Shown in pieces: positions 23,061 through 36,151 of a DNA stretch of 40,326 nucleotides. Each line of letters starts with the position of its first letter. The stretch's first letter is position 1. A program made the translations under genes and the position numbers. The notes beneath the pieces were generated by a model. It was not told where the DNA came from, made no database searches, and saw only the letters and a list, made by a program, of their open reading frames with translations. This DNA comes from Chiloscyllium plagiosum (lineage: Eukaryota), in assembly GCF_004010195.1 (NCBI RefSeq), contig NC_057718.1, forward strand, positions 40,316,101 through 40,356,426, read 5' to 3'.

Positions 23061-24029
23061 CCCCTCTGCCTTTGCAACCCGCAGCAGATCAGGTTGGGCT
23101 GTCCACGTTTATTTCCTTGAAATTCATTCAATTAGCCTCCATCCATCACTACGATCCTCCTCTACCTGACAGAATATGTTCTTCTTTGAATTGGACTGAC
23201 GACCTTTTGGTGTTTCTGATTTTGGTCAGTAATGGGAAAAGGGCCGTCTTGAAAATCAAGTATTGTTGAAGGGTTACTGGACTTTTTTTTTTAAAAGCAA
23301 GTTATTTGACTCTCATCATAATTGCTGTTCATACAATTGTTGTTTCAAGCAGTAGGGAAAGCCTAATTACAGATAAGCTGTCAAAATGGGAATTTGGCTG
23401 GCATCAAGTAGCTGATTGATCTGTGAAATAGTATCCAGTTATCCTCGATGAAGGATCGTCTGCTATCAAATATGTAGTTGGCTCCAAGATACTTGAACGT
23501 CTTGCGGAGTGTGATTGTTCTGGTGAGAAGCCATCACAGCTCTGAAAGGGGATGAACTGATTTTGCTCTGCAGTTAAGAGCATCTCCAGCCTGACGTTAG
23601 CCAGTTTGTTTCCCTTCTTCAGTTGCTGTAAGCTGTGATTATTAATTGATAAATCACAGATCTTTGTAAGTATGAACCAGTCACCTGTGTCTTCTACAAA
23701 CAAAGGAAATTAAATGGAGAAGAAAGATTGACAAGCAGCATTCTGATCAGCAAAAAGATCATCTTGGCAAACCCTGTGAACAGGGACCATTGAACTGCTT
23801 ACCTAGTCTTGCCCTCCAACCCATGTTGCTTTGTGTATGTTTTTTTTTATATTGGCATACATGCGGAAGGGGTGTGATACTAGTTACATGAATGTAATGG
23901 CTGTGACCAGGAACATTCATAAATATTATCGGCAAGTTTGAATTAAATGGATAGAGAGGCGACCAAGTGTTCAGTTCCCAGCATACGGAAACCTCCTTGA
24001 TTGTTGGCTGCATGAGAACTCTGCATAGT

Positions 24030-24353
24030 GAGCGGCACGGTGGCACAGTGGTTAGCACTGCTGCCTCACAGCGCCAGAGACCCGGGTTCAATTCCCGCCT
24101 CAGGCGACTGACTGTGTGGAGTTTGCACGTTCTCCCTGTGTCTGCGTGGGTTTCCTCCGGGTGCTCCGGTTTCTTCCCACAGTCCAAAGATGTGCAGGTT
24201 AGGTGAATTGGCCATGCTAAATTGCCCGTAGTGTTAGGTAAGGGGTAAATGTAGGGGTATGGGTGGGTTACGCTTCGGCGGGTCGGTGTGGACTTGTTGG
24301 GCCGAAGGGCCTGTTTCCACACTGTAATGTAATCTAATCTAATCTAATCTAAT
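24030..24353 (+). mobile_element. HE1-type V-SINE, full-length and young
   Basis: Intact A box TGGCACAGTGG and B box GGTTCAATTCC, CpGs retained, (TAATC)n tail. Confidence 0.92.
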
Positions 24354-24633
24354 GGGACACCTGGTATTAGGGACTTTACTGTGTTTATAATAAATACAGT
24401 AAATATGTTCCTGTTAAGTAATGAAACAAAGTCTATAGTTTGTCAAATTGGATCTAAAAGGCAGACATTTTGAGGTATTATGTGTACTTTTTAAAGTCTT
24501 TAACTTTGTGACAACTCCAGCAATAGCAGTGTGATTTTCAGAATGTTCCCCCATTGAGATGTAACAGAATAACCTCTTGTTCAACTCCATTCATGTTCTC
24601 AAATAAAAGGTTGCTGTGAGTGCCTGATTTTTT

Positions 24634-24666
24634 GTGTGTGTGTGTGTGTGTCTGTCTGTCTGTCTG
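24634..24666. repeat. (TG)n(TCTG)n microsatellite
   Basis: Direct reading. Confidence 0.9.
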
Positions 24667-25697
24667 AGCTGCGTCAGCCATTTTATAGTTATGCAGAATA
24701 TTCATTATTCTATCTCTACTTGGGGCCCTTCCCTTCACTACTTTTCCAATCCATTGATTATTCCTTATTGGTGCTGTTCCCTAAATGGGAAAATGTCATT
24801 AAGTTGGCTTCCAGTTTCAATTCTGGTCTTCACATGGCCCCTCTCCTTCTGTGGCTTGACTGTCTGTCTTCGTTTCTGACATTAAGTTATCAAAGCCCAT
24901 TGTCTCCCATAGCTGCCTGGGCTGAATACACTTCCTTAGACCCCACTTTGTTTAAGGACATTGTTTGATTTTTGTTTAAAATTCCAATTTCTCCATCTCC
25001 TCTCCAGTTTGAACAAATACTACCTTCCATACAAATGATCCTTGTCTTCCTTTCTTTTCAGCCAGACAGGTGTGTGGGTTGTATGTGTATGTGCACACCC
25101 CGCACAACACACACACACACCTTGCTGTGCTTGATTGTGTCCTTTCTATTTCACACACTTCTGCTTGCACTGCTTTCCTTCCTTCTCAGCATTGTAATAA
25201 GATTATCCTTATCCTGACATGCCACACTGCTGGTCACCATATTCAGTGGGTCACCTTCCAGTGAGGTGCCATTACCAAACACATCATACCTTTCAGCAGT
25301 CTGAAGGTACTATTCCCTCAATCCTGGTTTACTGTAGAAGGCCTGGCTCCCTTCCTATGGCAGCTTTCTGTGGGAATGCAGGAAGTTCGCCATCTCCCGT
25401 AAGTTCTCCTCCACACAACTATGGGACAAATTCCACCTTGCTGTTATGCAATTCTATTGCTACTGATTGCAGTCTCCCATTATGTCAACAAGCTTTCCAA
25501 GCAGCCGTCACATTAAAGATTTTTACAGATTCGCGAACAGGAGACAAAAGACAGTAAAACAAAATAATTTTTAAAATCTTTTGCATTGGGCACATTGGAC
25601 CTTGAAACTAAAACACGGGAAGTAGAAACTATAATATTCGAAGAAATGTATTTTGAATAATTTTGCTTCAAAACTCCAGAATGTATCATTTAGCAGT

Positions 25698-25850
25698 CTT
25701 GATGTGGAGGTGCTGGTTTTGGACTGGGGTGGATAAGGTCAGAAGTCAAATGACACTAGGTTGTAGTCCAACAGATTTATTTGAAATCTCAAGCTTTCAA
25801 AGCATTGCCCCTTCATCACCTACATTCACTGAACAGGATGCAACTTTGTA
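25698..25850. mobile_element. Penelope-derived short repeat (second family) with decayed hammerhead core
   Basis: GATGTGGAGGTGCTGGTTTTGGACTGGGGTGGA...TAGTCCAACAGATTTATTTG..AAGCTTTC..CCTTCATCA. Confidence 0.55.
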
Positions 25851-26229
25851 ATTTAAAATCATGACATGGGAGTGTGAAAGTTGTAATTCTTGGCCAGTTC
25901 ATGATTGCTGGTTCTTGTGGAGACTGGGGGGATGGTCCACAGTGCAACCTATGGATTGGGCCCTGTATTACAAATTGCAACTTAAATTCCAAGTTAATCT
26001 GCACATGACAACCGTTTTCTGTATTATCATTAGAATTTGCACTTTTTCTTGCCTATCTTTCCACCTACACAAGGATCCTCTTTATTTTTTGGTATTCTGG
26101 TTTCATGATGGAAACCATGAAGTATAAACCTCACAAGAGTGGGAGAAGTTACATATGCTTAATTTTTAATTTTGTTGCCTGGCAGTAGCCCAGCAGAGCA
26201 GGTAGTCTGTTGTAAAATGGTGGCAGAAC

Positions 26230-26330
26230 TAGGCACTGCAGATGCTGGAGATTAGAGCCAAGATTAGAGTGGTGCTGGAATTGCACAGCAGGTCAGGCAG
26301 CATCTGAGGAGTAGGAAAATTGACATTTCA
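26230..26330 (-). mobile_element. Penelope-like terminal fragment
   Basis: ACTGCAGATGCTGGAGATTAGAG..GTGGTGCTGGAATTGCACAGCAGGTCAGGCAGCATC; same family as 3908 and 31976. Confidence 0.6.
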
Positions 26331-27065
26331 TGGTACCTATCTTTAATTTTCATTTCATTGATGTTAATGGAAGACCAGTTTGATAGTTTATAGTGGGTGG
26401 AAAGTCTGATCTTCTGGGTTAAAATCCAGGTCATGAAGTTAATCTTTAGCACCTGTGAGTTTGTAAATCATTAATTGTCATAGCTGTTGCCTACCACACA
26501 CACACATTTTGTTACTAATGTATGTATAAATCTGTCATTGAGGAAAGCTTTGAGCTGAGATTTGAAAATAGAGCTCTGCAATGAAAGACAAGTGATCAAA
26601 GACAGCATCTACACCCAGATCGCTAGCCTCAATTGCCATTTTGAAAAGTCGAGAAAAATCAGGGCAACAACACTGATTCATTTATAAGTTGGCCTTCTCA
26701 AATGCTGCTTGGCATTCTGCTGACCATACCAGTTTTACTTGTTGCTTTAACAAATTTGTTAAAAGTACAGCTATCACACTGAAATTACAAACAAACTATG
26801 GAGGTACATAGATACATATTCTAGTTCATATATCATGAAAAGCCAGGCCATTAGTTAATGCACGTAGCACAAGTGATTAGAAGGTCAAATGGAACACTTG
26901 TTTATAGTTAGCTGAATGGACGATAATCAGGCTGGGTTGGTTTGCCATGGAAAAAGCAGGATTATAGGGATATGGTAAGGAGGATGCATTTGGGTGGGAT
27001 GTTATTTAGAAGGTCGGGGTTGACTCTGTGCCAAATGGCCTACTTCCATACTGTAGAAATACAAA

Positions 27066-27198
27066 TAGAGTCATAGAGATGTACAGCACAGAAACAGACA
27101 CTTCGGTCCAACCCATCCATGCCGACCAGATATCCCAACCCAATCTAGTCCCACCTGCCAGCACCCACCCCATATCCCTCCAAGCCCTTCCTATTCAT
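27066..27198 (-). mobile_element. CR1 3' UTR fragment
   Basis: Close match to 39146-39280 (AGAGTCATAGAGATGTACAGCACAG...). Confidence 0.8.
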
Positions 27199-27271
27199 AA
27201 TTCTATGAAATGCAGTTTTTAAAAAAATTCAGGTTTAGCCATGTAATTGTCGTTTCATGTTGTGTACCTAG

Positions 27272-27481
27272 GTCATTACAAAATCCGAATTGATTGAATA
27301 TTATGATGTCAGTGGCTGCTATGTTCTCCGACCCTGGTCTTATAGTATCTGGGAAACCATCAAAGACTTCTTTGATCGTGAAATTAAGAAACTTGGTGTG
27401 GAGAACTGTTACTTCCCCATGTTTGTGTCTCAGGCAGCCCTTGAGAAGGAGAAATCACATATAGCAGATTTTGCTCCAGAG
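27272..27481 (+). CDS. EPRS1: EPRS1 exon (ProRS motif 1 region)
   Basis: ctag|GTC ATT...CCA GAG|gtaaga; [70 protein letters not shown]; 210 nt. Confidence 0.96.
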
Positions 27482-27659
27482 GTAAGAATATAAGCATATT
27501 CCCTTTAGAAGCTGTTGAAGTCCAATCACTTTATGGTCCTTTTGTGCAGTCATACACAGATTCAATGTGTGCTTTAAAAGATTTGGCATATTTCTCATCT
27601 TAGAATTCTGGCTTGAGTTGATTAAGAGAGCGAAATATGTTGATTTAGATTAATTAAAG

Positions 27660-28348
27660 GGAAATGGTATTTGATAAACCTACTAGTATGTTTTTGACCA
27701 CTAGTAGATGTGATGTATTTGGCTGCTCAGAAAGCCTTTGATAAGGCCCCATATTAGAGATCGATGTGCAACATTAAATCACGTGGAATTATTGGTAATA
27801 TAGTAGCATGGATTAAGGTTTGGTTAGTAAAGAGTAGGAAGAATTAAGTTGTTTACATTGAGGAAGGCGGTGACAAATGGTCTACCACACAGTCAGTAGT
27901 TGGACCTCAGTTATTCACAGTATGTACCAATAATTTATCTGAGGGAATCAAATAATATTTCCAAGTTTGCAATCAACACAAAACTAGCTGGGGTTGAGGG
28001 TGGCAAGGGAGGTAAAAAGAGGCTTCAAAGGTAATTTAGACAAGTTGAGTGAGTGGGTGAATAAACTGCGAATTCAGAATAATGTAGGTAAGTGTGGAAG
28101 TTAACAGATTGGGAAATTTTAATCTACAAAGGGACCAGGGTGACCTACATAAGTCACTGAAAGCAAGAATACATGCGCAGTAAATGTGCGGAAGTTAAGA
28201 TTCATCAGATGGATAACAGATTTGTTGTATGAGGACAGATTGTGTTGACTGGGCCTGTATTTGCTGCAGTTTTGAACATACAATAGGGCTGCCAGGATGG
28301 TGCATCTCCTAGTTGGGGTTAGCGGAATCAGAATAAGGAGTCACAATT
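27660..28348 (+). mobile_element. Old degraded CR1 RT fragment
   Basis: Remnants of QKAFDKAP, SVVGPQLFTV, ISKFA..TKL. Confidence 0.6.
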
Positions 28349-28540
28349 TTGAATTTTTTTTAGATTTTGATTGAAAATATGGTCTTTCATTTTTAAAAGT
28401 TGTCTAAAATACTATATTCGAATAGAAGAATTAAAGTTTAGTCCAGTCAAGTGCATGACTGAGAAACATTAATAATCAAAACATTTTGCATATAAATGGT
28501 TTTGTTCCATGGAGGCATTAATAATTTTTTTCCAAAACAG

Positions 28541-28613
28541 GTTGCTTGGGTAACAAGATCAGGGAAGACTGAGTTAGCAGAACCAATTGCTGTTCGACCA
28601 ACAAGTGAAACAG
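28541..28613 (+). CDS. EPRS1: EPRS1 exon
   Basis: acag|GTT GCT TGG...ACA G|gtaag; [24 protein letters not shown]; 73 nt. Confidence 0.95.
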
Positions 28614-29553
28614 GTAAGAAGCAGTATAATTAAGATTTTTTCATCAGTTTATTGATTTGCTAATGAGTGCAACTTTATAACTGATAAAAAGTAAGAACAG
28701 TTCAACAATATCTGAGCATACTTTTGATATCTCTGATCCAATTAATATGTAGCCAATATTGTACATAAATGCCTAAAGTTAGTTTCCAAAAGTTCCACAA
28801 ACTACTAATCAGATTAATGGCCTCTTGATCTGTTGGTGAAATTTTAAATCCACACTTGCTGCCAATCTCCCTGTTTCCTGTTTAATAGTGACATGGATGT
28901 CCTCTCTTCACCTGCACAGGTAGAAGTTATTTTTAAAATTTGTGAAGCACAGTATCTGACAAAGCAACTCCTCTCCTGGAGAAATGAACCATTGCTTGAA
29001 CACGATCTTTTGATCTGCAGTCTCAGAACTTGAGAGTGATATAAATTTAGTTAATTGTATGTTTGCTCGCTCAAGCCAACAATTTGAATGAGCAATTAAT
29101 TTATTGTTCAATATGTACCCTACTAAACCTCACCCTAGAATTTTTTTTCACGACTGTTTCTATTAAGACAGTCCATTATCTATGCAGACACCTGCTTCAA
29201 AGAAAATCACCTTTTGTTTTGATGATGACTTAAATGGTGAGTCAAATCAAATTTGGTGAAAATATTTTTTTCCAAATTGACCTCACTGTATCCCCTCAAT
29301 CAGGCCTGGTACTTGTTTTTGTGTTAATGAAAAGATGCCTATTTCCTCAAGTCAAATAATTTGTCATCCCTGGCACTGCCTTTGCAAAGTAAAAACAGAA
29401 AATACTAGAAACGCTCAACTAGTCAGGTGATGTCTTTGGAGAGAGGAAGATTTGTTAATGTTACAGGTTGTTAACATTTTGTCTGAGCTAGTGAACATTA
29501 CACATGAAACACCTGTATATGGAACAGCTGTCTGTCTTAAAGGAAAAACCTAA

Positions 29554-29691
<138 letters not shown>

Positions 29692-31975
29692 TAATATGTG
29701 TTTCATCCAAGTATGTATCAGTTGACCCTTTAATAATACTGGAAACTTCTTAGAGCAGTAAGGAAGCATTATAAAGAAATGCAAAATTGTCTTGGACTTT
29801 TTTTTTATCTTTCAGTGGGGAGGTTGGGGGACTATATAATCTCGCACTGAATATATTTAGCTGAGACAGAGTTTTGATTCCCCGAAGAATTGAGGGAAAA
29901 GGGGAGCTGGCAAGAAAATGGAGATAAACCCAAGATCAATTGTAAAACCAAACCTGGCTTGACAAGTCTATTCTCGCTCCTTTTATGATATAATGAAAAG
30001 AAACAGTGGTATTTGTATATATTACCAAGCAACTATTTGTAAACTTGGATATGTTGACCCCTTGTTTGTTTTTCTGAATCGCTAATCGTAAGTTGTTGAG
30101 ACCCCGGCATTGATCCTGTGGCATTCAGCTCACCTGCTAACTTGAAAGTGCCCAGTTTGTTCCTATTCCTTGCTTCCTCTCCATTTAACCAATCCACTAT
30201 CCCTGCCAATATATTTCCTCTGTAAGCTTTTGTCTTGCATGTTCAATTTTTTGTGTGGCATCTTAAAATATTTTGGAAATAGGAGTGCAAAACTTTGATT
30301 ACCTTTTATTTTTGGCTCTTGATGTCATAGATTTGTATAAACATTTGTGCTGAGTACTCTGACATCCAGGAGGAGTGTGAAACCTTTTAATCTAATTTAA
30401 ATATTATTTTCAGATGGAACATTTTGATTCTTTAGCTAATTGAGCTCCAGATGCAGTATTTTTTCTAGAAAGAATAGGAGCTTCTTTGCACATACCAATC
30501 TTGGATTCACACGGAATGTGGTAGAGCTCTTCACCTTGTCACTTTCTAGTTACCACATGGGCGATCAAACAAAGTTCAGATTTTCAAACAAGAGTGCATC
30601 GAACGATTGTATATTATGGAAAACTGTTAATCCTAACTGATGATTGAGTATAAACTGGATTGATTTTTACCAGACTTTATCCTGATGATTGGTGCCAATA
30701 TCCATCCCCTAGATTAACACAACCTTTGAATAGCTTGGAAAGTTTTAGCAGAGTATTTGCATGATAAGGAAAGGTAACCAACTTTGTAGAATGTACTACT
30801 GTCCATGATTCTACTGAATTGTTATTGTACTGTTTGAGAATTTAAAGATATTTTTAAAAGAATGAGCAATTTTTTTGACACTTCGTAAAGATTGAAAGCA
30901 GAATGTAACGGTGGGAAGAGCTTATGGATTGTCTGTTTAAATGTGTTCCTCCTTCCTTAACCTACCTCGTCAAATTTTTCCCAAGGTTCATCCTCAACCC
31001 CTGCCCCTAATTATAAACTTTGTTGACTTTCTTCCCTCATGCTGTCACCAAACCTACCTTCCATGTGACTCTCTTAGTCATCATGAGATTTTTAAAATTA
31101 GACTTTTTCCCTCAGATCTTGTTTCCCTTCTTCCTCAAATCTGCTGCTGTCATCATCTCAAAAAAGTCCTTAACTCCTCTATCCTTGCAAACTGCTGCTA
31201 AATCTCCAAACTTCCTGTCCAACTGCAAGACCTTGAATGTGGTGTTGTCTCAATGTGTGTCCATCTTTTCTGCAATTCCATGTATGAACCTCTGTCTCCA
31301 CTGGCTACAACATTGTGTTATGAAGACTCATTATCTTATTATTTAGAAGCTTGGGTTCTAAACTGAAAGAATCATATACAGCTTTCAGTTTGGTAGTTAT
31401 AACTTGAGTATGTTTAAAAAAAGAGGAAGGCATAGATTTTCTGTTTCATTTTAGATTTTTTCCTGATAGTCATGACAGTTCACTGAAGCTTGTCAAAAGC
31501 ACTTCATTTTTCAGCTTGGCACTTTATAAATCTACTGATCTTAACATTGAGTTCAAAAATGTTATATCATAACTACTACTGCATTTCATTTTCTGTTTCA
31601 TTGTTCGTTTGACATCTTTCTTTTCATTTTTATTTCCTTTGCCTTCAGACAGAAGTTATCCTGTTGTTCACACATCTTCAGATTTTTTTTTTTTAACTTA
31701 ACCCATTCTTTTTGGTTGTGCATCATCCAAAAACCTCTTGTAATTTAATCTCTCCGACCCTGTTACAAATAGCAGCTCAGCCCCATCACCTTAAGGGCAA
31801 CAAAAGCAATAATTGTTGACCCAGCCAGTGATCCCATATCAAATTTATTTTTTAAAAATCTCTTTAACTCAGATATCTATGTTTTCTTAGTAGTTATCAC
31901 GAGATGGTAATCGTGAGTTTAAATCCTGGATAGTTTCTCATGAGGTAGAGATCAATTATTGCAGTGTTTAGGTCA

Positions 31976-32056
31976 GTGGTGCTGGAAAAGCACAGCAGGT
32001 CAGGCAGCATCCAAGGAGCAAGAAAATCGACGTTTTGGGCAAAAGCTCTTCATCAA
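31976..32056 (-). mobile_element. Penelope-like terminal fragment with decayed hammerhead core
   Basis: Reverse strand TTGATGAAGAGCTTTTGCCCAAAACGTCG. Confidence 0.6.
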
Positions 32057-32149
32057 TTATCGCACCCCTACCAATATATCAGATGAGATCAGCTAATTTA
32101 GCACATACCAAGATTGTACCCTGGATATTTATAGTTTGAAAATATGATC

Positions 32150-32800
32150 ACATGAAGTAGGAGTAGGCCAATTTGGCTTTTTGAGCCTGCTCTGCCCTTT
32201 AAGGTCACGGCTCAAATCCACATTCTTCTTTCTCCTGCTGACCAAGAATCCACCCACCTCTGCCTTAAAAATATTCAAAGACTCTTCCTTCCAGTGCCTT
32301 TTCAGGAAGATTTCTAAAGACTCATGCCCCTCTGCGGGGGGGGGGAGGGGCGGTGGAAAGGGGGAGATTGCTTTGTCTCTGTTTTAAATGGGAGACTACT
32401 TATTTTAAACCAGTTACCCTGTTCTAGAATCTCTCTTAAGAGGAATCGATCCACCCCTACCCTGTCCAGACTCCACAGGATCTTAACTTTCAATCGAATT
32501 GCTTCTTAGTTTCCAAAACTTAATTGAATAGAAGCATAGCCTGTCCACCCTTTCCTAGTAAGACAACTCGATCATTCCAGATGTTAGTCTGATAAACATT
32601 CTCTGAGCTATTTCCAATGCATTGGCATCCTCAGTTGGCTAATGCTGTGCCTGCTCTAAATGTGCTCTCACCACTATCTTGCATAACTGAAGAATAATCT
32701 CCCTACTTTTGTATTTACCTCCCTCACAATAAATGATAGAATGCTTTTAACTTTTCTTTCTACTTGCTGTACTTGCACAGTAAACTTTGATGATTCATAC
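32150..32800 (-). mobile_element. Old CR1 3' portion
   Basis: GTAGGAGTAGGCCA..GAGCCTGCTCTGCC start like 7618 and 15115; decayed ORF2 C-terminus. Confidence 0.6.
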
Positions 32801-33819
32801 ACTAAGCCCTTTTTCATCTGAGCTCCACAATATACTGATGTGTTACTTTTCTAATTGAAAGTGGGTGGTGAGTCCGCCCCTCGGAATTTTTCTTCTTGGA
32901 AAATACCCATTCTGTGCATTCCGAGATGTTTCCTTAAATGTCTGCCTCTACATCTCCATTGACCTCTCCTTTAGTCTAACATGTGAGTTCACGTTGCAAT
33001 CTGTTTTTAATATCTATTTATTTTGCTTAAGATTTAATCTTGTTTCGTAATGCTTCTCATTGGGACACATCACCACATTTAAAATGTTGTATGAGTGAAT
33101 ATTGTTGGAAGAGGTGTATTTTGTAGTTCCTCAAAGCCATTCAAATTTTGATAATTTACTTTGGGTTGGGCGAGATGGTCATTTGTCTTGTTTATTTCAT
33201 AGTCAAACTTCAAACCCATCATTCTCTCTGCATTAAACTTGCTTCCATCTTTACAACACTTTTCATGGTTGCCCCTATCTTGATCACAAAAGTACGAAAC
33301 TATTGCCTAGCTCTGTCATTTATCCACATCAATTATTTGAATGTCTTTCTTGCCAGCTTTCTGTCCTTGATTTTTCATAAACTTCACAAAGAAACCCAAA
33401 GTTCAGTGTAGAAAAATACAAATAACTAAATAATTCTCAATCTGTATTTTTCATACATGCATGGATTTCAGATTCCCAACGTGATGATCAAACCCCGAGC
33501 CTCTCATCCCTCCACAGCCTTTGTGGTATTGCCTTTGCTGCACCCTCCATCTATGTACTTTATCCTCCTATACTCTTCAGTTCTTCAACTCTGGCCTTTT
33601 GTACATCCATAATTGTAGACAGAGCTTTAGTTTTCTTGTCCCTACTTTATTTAACTCTATGCATGAACTCATAATCTCTCTGTATATCATCTTCTCAGCT
33701 CTTATTTACTACCAAACATTTGCTAATTCTCCTTATTTAGTCTCTATTCCTTGTTTTCTCTCCTGTATACTAACTATTATTTTCTACATTTAAAGATAAT
33801 GTGCAAGTTCATAAACGCA

Positions 33820-34010
33820 AGGTGGATGCTGGAAATGTGAAACGGGTGCTTGGGAAACTCCGATCTGGCAGCAATCCTTCAGGAGAAAACAGTTAATGTC
33901 TTGAGTTCAGTAACCCTCCTTAAGAACACAAATGGTCCCTGGAATCAACGTTAACTCAATTTTTCTCTACAGATGTTGTCAGACCTACTGTTTCTCCTCC
34001 ACTTTTTTTT
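33820..34010. mobile_element. Decayed palindromic Penelope-derived repeat (related half copy near 29390-29490)
   Basis: TCTGGCAGCA..GAGAAAACAGTTAA and TTAACTC..TTTCTCTACAGATGTTGTCAGA are complementary arms. Confidence 0.45.
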
Positions 34011-34104
34011 GTCAGTTCCTGTTATTTTCTGTAATTTTGGTTTCAAGTGATTTATGTTGGTCTTGTAATCTAATAACCAATCATAACTTTATGTATTTTT
34101 TTAA

Positions 34105-34215
<111 letters not shown>

Positions 34216-34349
34216 TAATATCCAAGAGGATGGATGTAAAATGACTGAATAATGTCTGCCATGTTCCTGGGAGATAATGAATGCATCTTTTAAAATGGTT
34301 GGAAATTAACATGAATCTAAACTGAACTCAACTGGTCCATGACTTAGTA

Positions 34350-35144
34350 AAGTGGAACCTCAATTATCCGAATACCAATTATCTGAAAATCGGATTAATC
34401 AAAGGAGATCTCGAGGTCCCAACAGAAACATGACATCAAAAACGTGTTTCTAACATTGATAGCGTCTTTTGTTTACAGTGATTAAACAGGCACCGTCTTC
34501 AAATGACTGATCTCCCGTCCTCTCTCTCCCCACACTTTCCCTGGTGATCTACAGAGGAGTGTACCCACACCCCCCCCCCCCCCCCTTTCCAAGATAATCT
34601 GACCAATGCTGTCCTATACAGGGTAGAGGTGTAAGCTGTCAAAAAGTTGTAGTAAAACGTTTGTGTGTACGCGCGCCGCTGTTTGGAGACTTACCCCACA
34701 AATGCAGCAGTAGCAATCTTATTGTTGGTGTCCAGTCCGGCTGCACCGGAGAGGGGGTGGGGACAGTGTTGGACGGGGATGGAGGGGCAGGGACAGAGTT
34801 GGACGGAGATGAGGGGAGGAGGCAGTGCTGGACGGAGATGAGGGGAGGAGGCAGTGCTGGACAGAGATGAGGGTGCGGGGGTGTGCAGGGGAGGACGTGG
34901 GGGTGGGGCCGGGGATGTGTAGGGGGGAGGTTTTGGAGGTGTAGCCGAGGGTACGTGGGGCAGTGTTGGGGACGGTGTTTGGGGTGGGGCCTTGCATACT
35001 GTGCTGCTGCAGTCTCCTGAACGAGGAGCAGACTTTTAAAACTCCGAGCCCCAGAGAAAAGGCCTTTAATCAATTAACCGAATAATCGATTATCCGAACA
35101 AATTAGTGCCTGCTCATCATATTTGGATAATTGAGGTTACCCTG
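34350..35144. mobile_element. 795-bp non-autonomous Tc1/mariner (Tigger/pogo-like) element
   Basis: TA|AAGTGGAACCTCAATTATCCGAA ... TTTGGATAATTGAGGTTACCCTG|TA: TIRs with TA target duplication; subterminal ATTATCCGAA repeats. Confidence 0.85.
34771..34873 (+). repeat. 29-30 bp G-rich minisatellite inside the MITE
   Basis: GGACGGAGATGAGGGGAGGAGGCAGTGCT exact twice (34801-34858) plus diverged flanking units. Confidence 0.9.
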
Positions 35145-35828
35145 TATAGAGAAAAAAGAACTAATGGTGTTTCCTTTTAGAGTTGGGGTATGTGTTATGT
35201 CGCTTTTATTTTTATTTTCTGTTATGATTTTGTATTTAAGAAAATGTTCCAGCAAGCCACAAGATGGAGCCAAATCTCTGTTTTGCTTTTAATATTTTCT
35301 GATCAACTTGTTCAGAGATGTTATTACACATCTTTGGGGCAGGTGACTCTTGCCTCTAGGCCTCCTGGCTCAGAGGTAGGAATGCTATTACTGCACCCCC
35401 AAGAGCCCTCAGTTTTGCTTAATTGCAGTTGGAATCCAAATGTCAATAACTACTGATTGCCTTTTAGATTGATAATTAGAAACCTAATTAATTCAGCTGT
35501 CATGGTAACAATGATTGTGAACCTGTCTGGTTGAAAGAATGCTTGTGGGCAGCAATGCTCAGCTTTGCTGACGTTTTTTAGGTTGTCAGTTGTCCTAGAT
35601 AGTATAACACCAAAAGGTTACTTTGTTTAGCTTCTGAAAAGAAAAATAAGTTGTATTTCACTATTTTTAGTTTATTTGGAGCATCTAAGTTTGGGATTTC
35701 AATGAGGGGATTTTAAAAAATTAGATTTTTTTTGTTGACATTAATGTCTGTATTGTCAAGTATGACTGCATCACAAACTACATATAGGTATTCTTTCAGC
35801 ATTTGCCATATGATATCTTCCATCATAG

Positions 35829-36035
<207 letters not shown>

Positions 36036-36151
36036 TAAAGTTTATATTTGACTGAAAATCACTTGATTTTTCTTTATGTAAGTGCAAAGGCCATGCAAAA
36101 ACAAAAATCTGTCTTGGGATTTTGGAAAATCAAATCTTTTCCATACTTTCT

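Noticed and set aside
24030..24105. Possible tRNA gene
   Set aside because: It is the SINE head and continues into the V-domain and tail
23759..24322. 187-aa minus-strand ORF
   Set aside because: Mostly the antisense reading of the HE1 SINE
30636..30692. Possible C/D box snoRNA (TGATGA...CTGA); similar motif pair near 11768-11816
   Set aside because: Only about 50 nt between boxes, no terminal stem and no recognisable rRNA guide
34639..35073. Proline-rich 144-aa ORF
   Set aside because: Antisense reading of the G-rich minisatellite in the MITE
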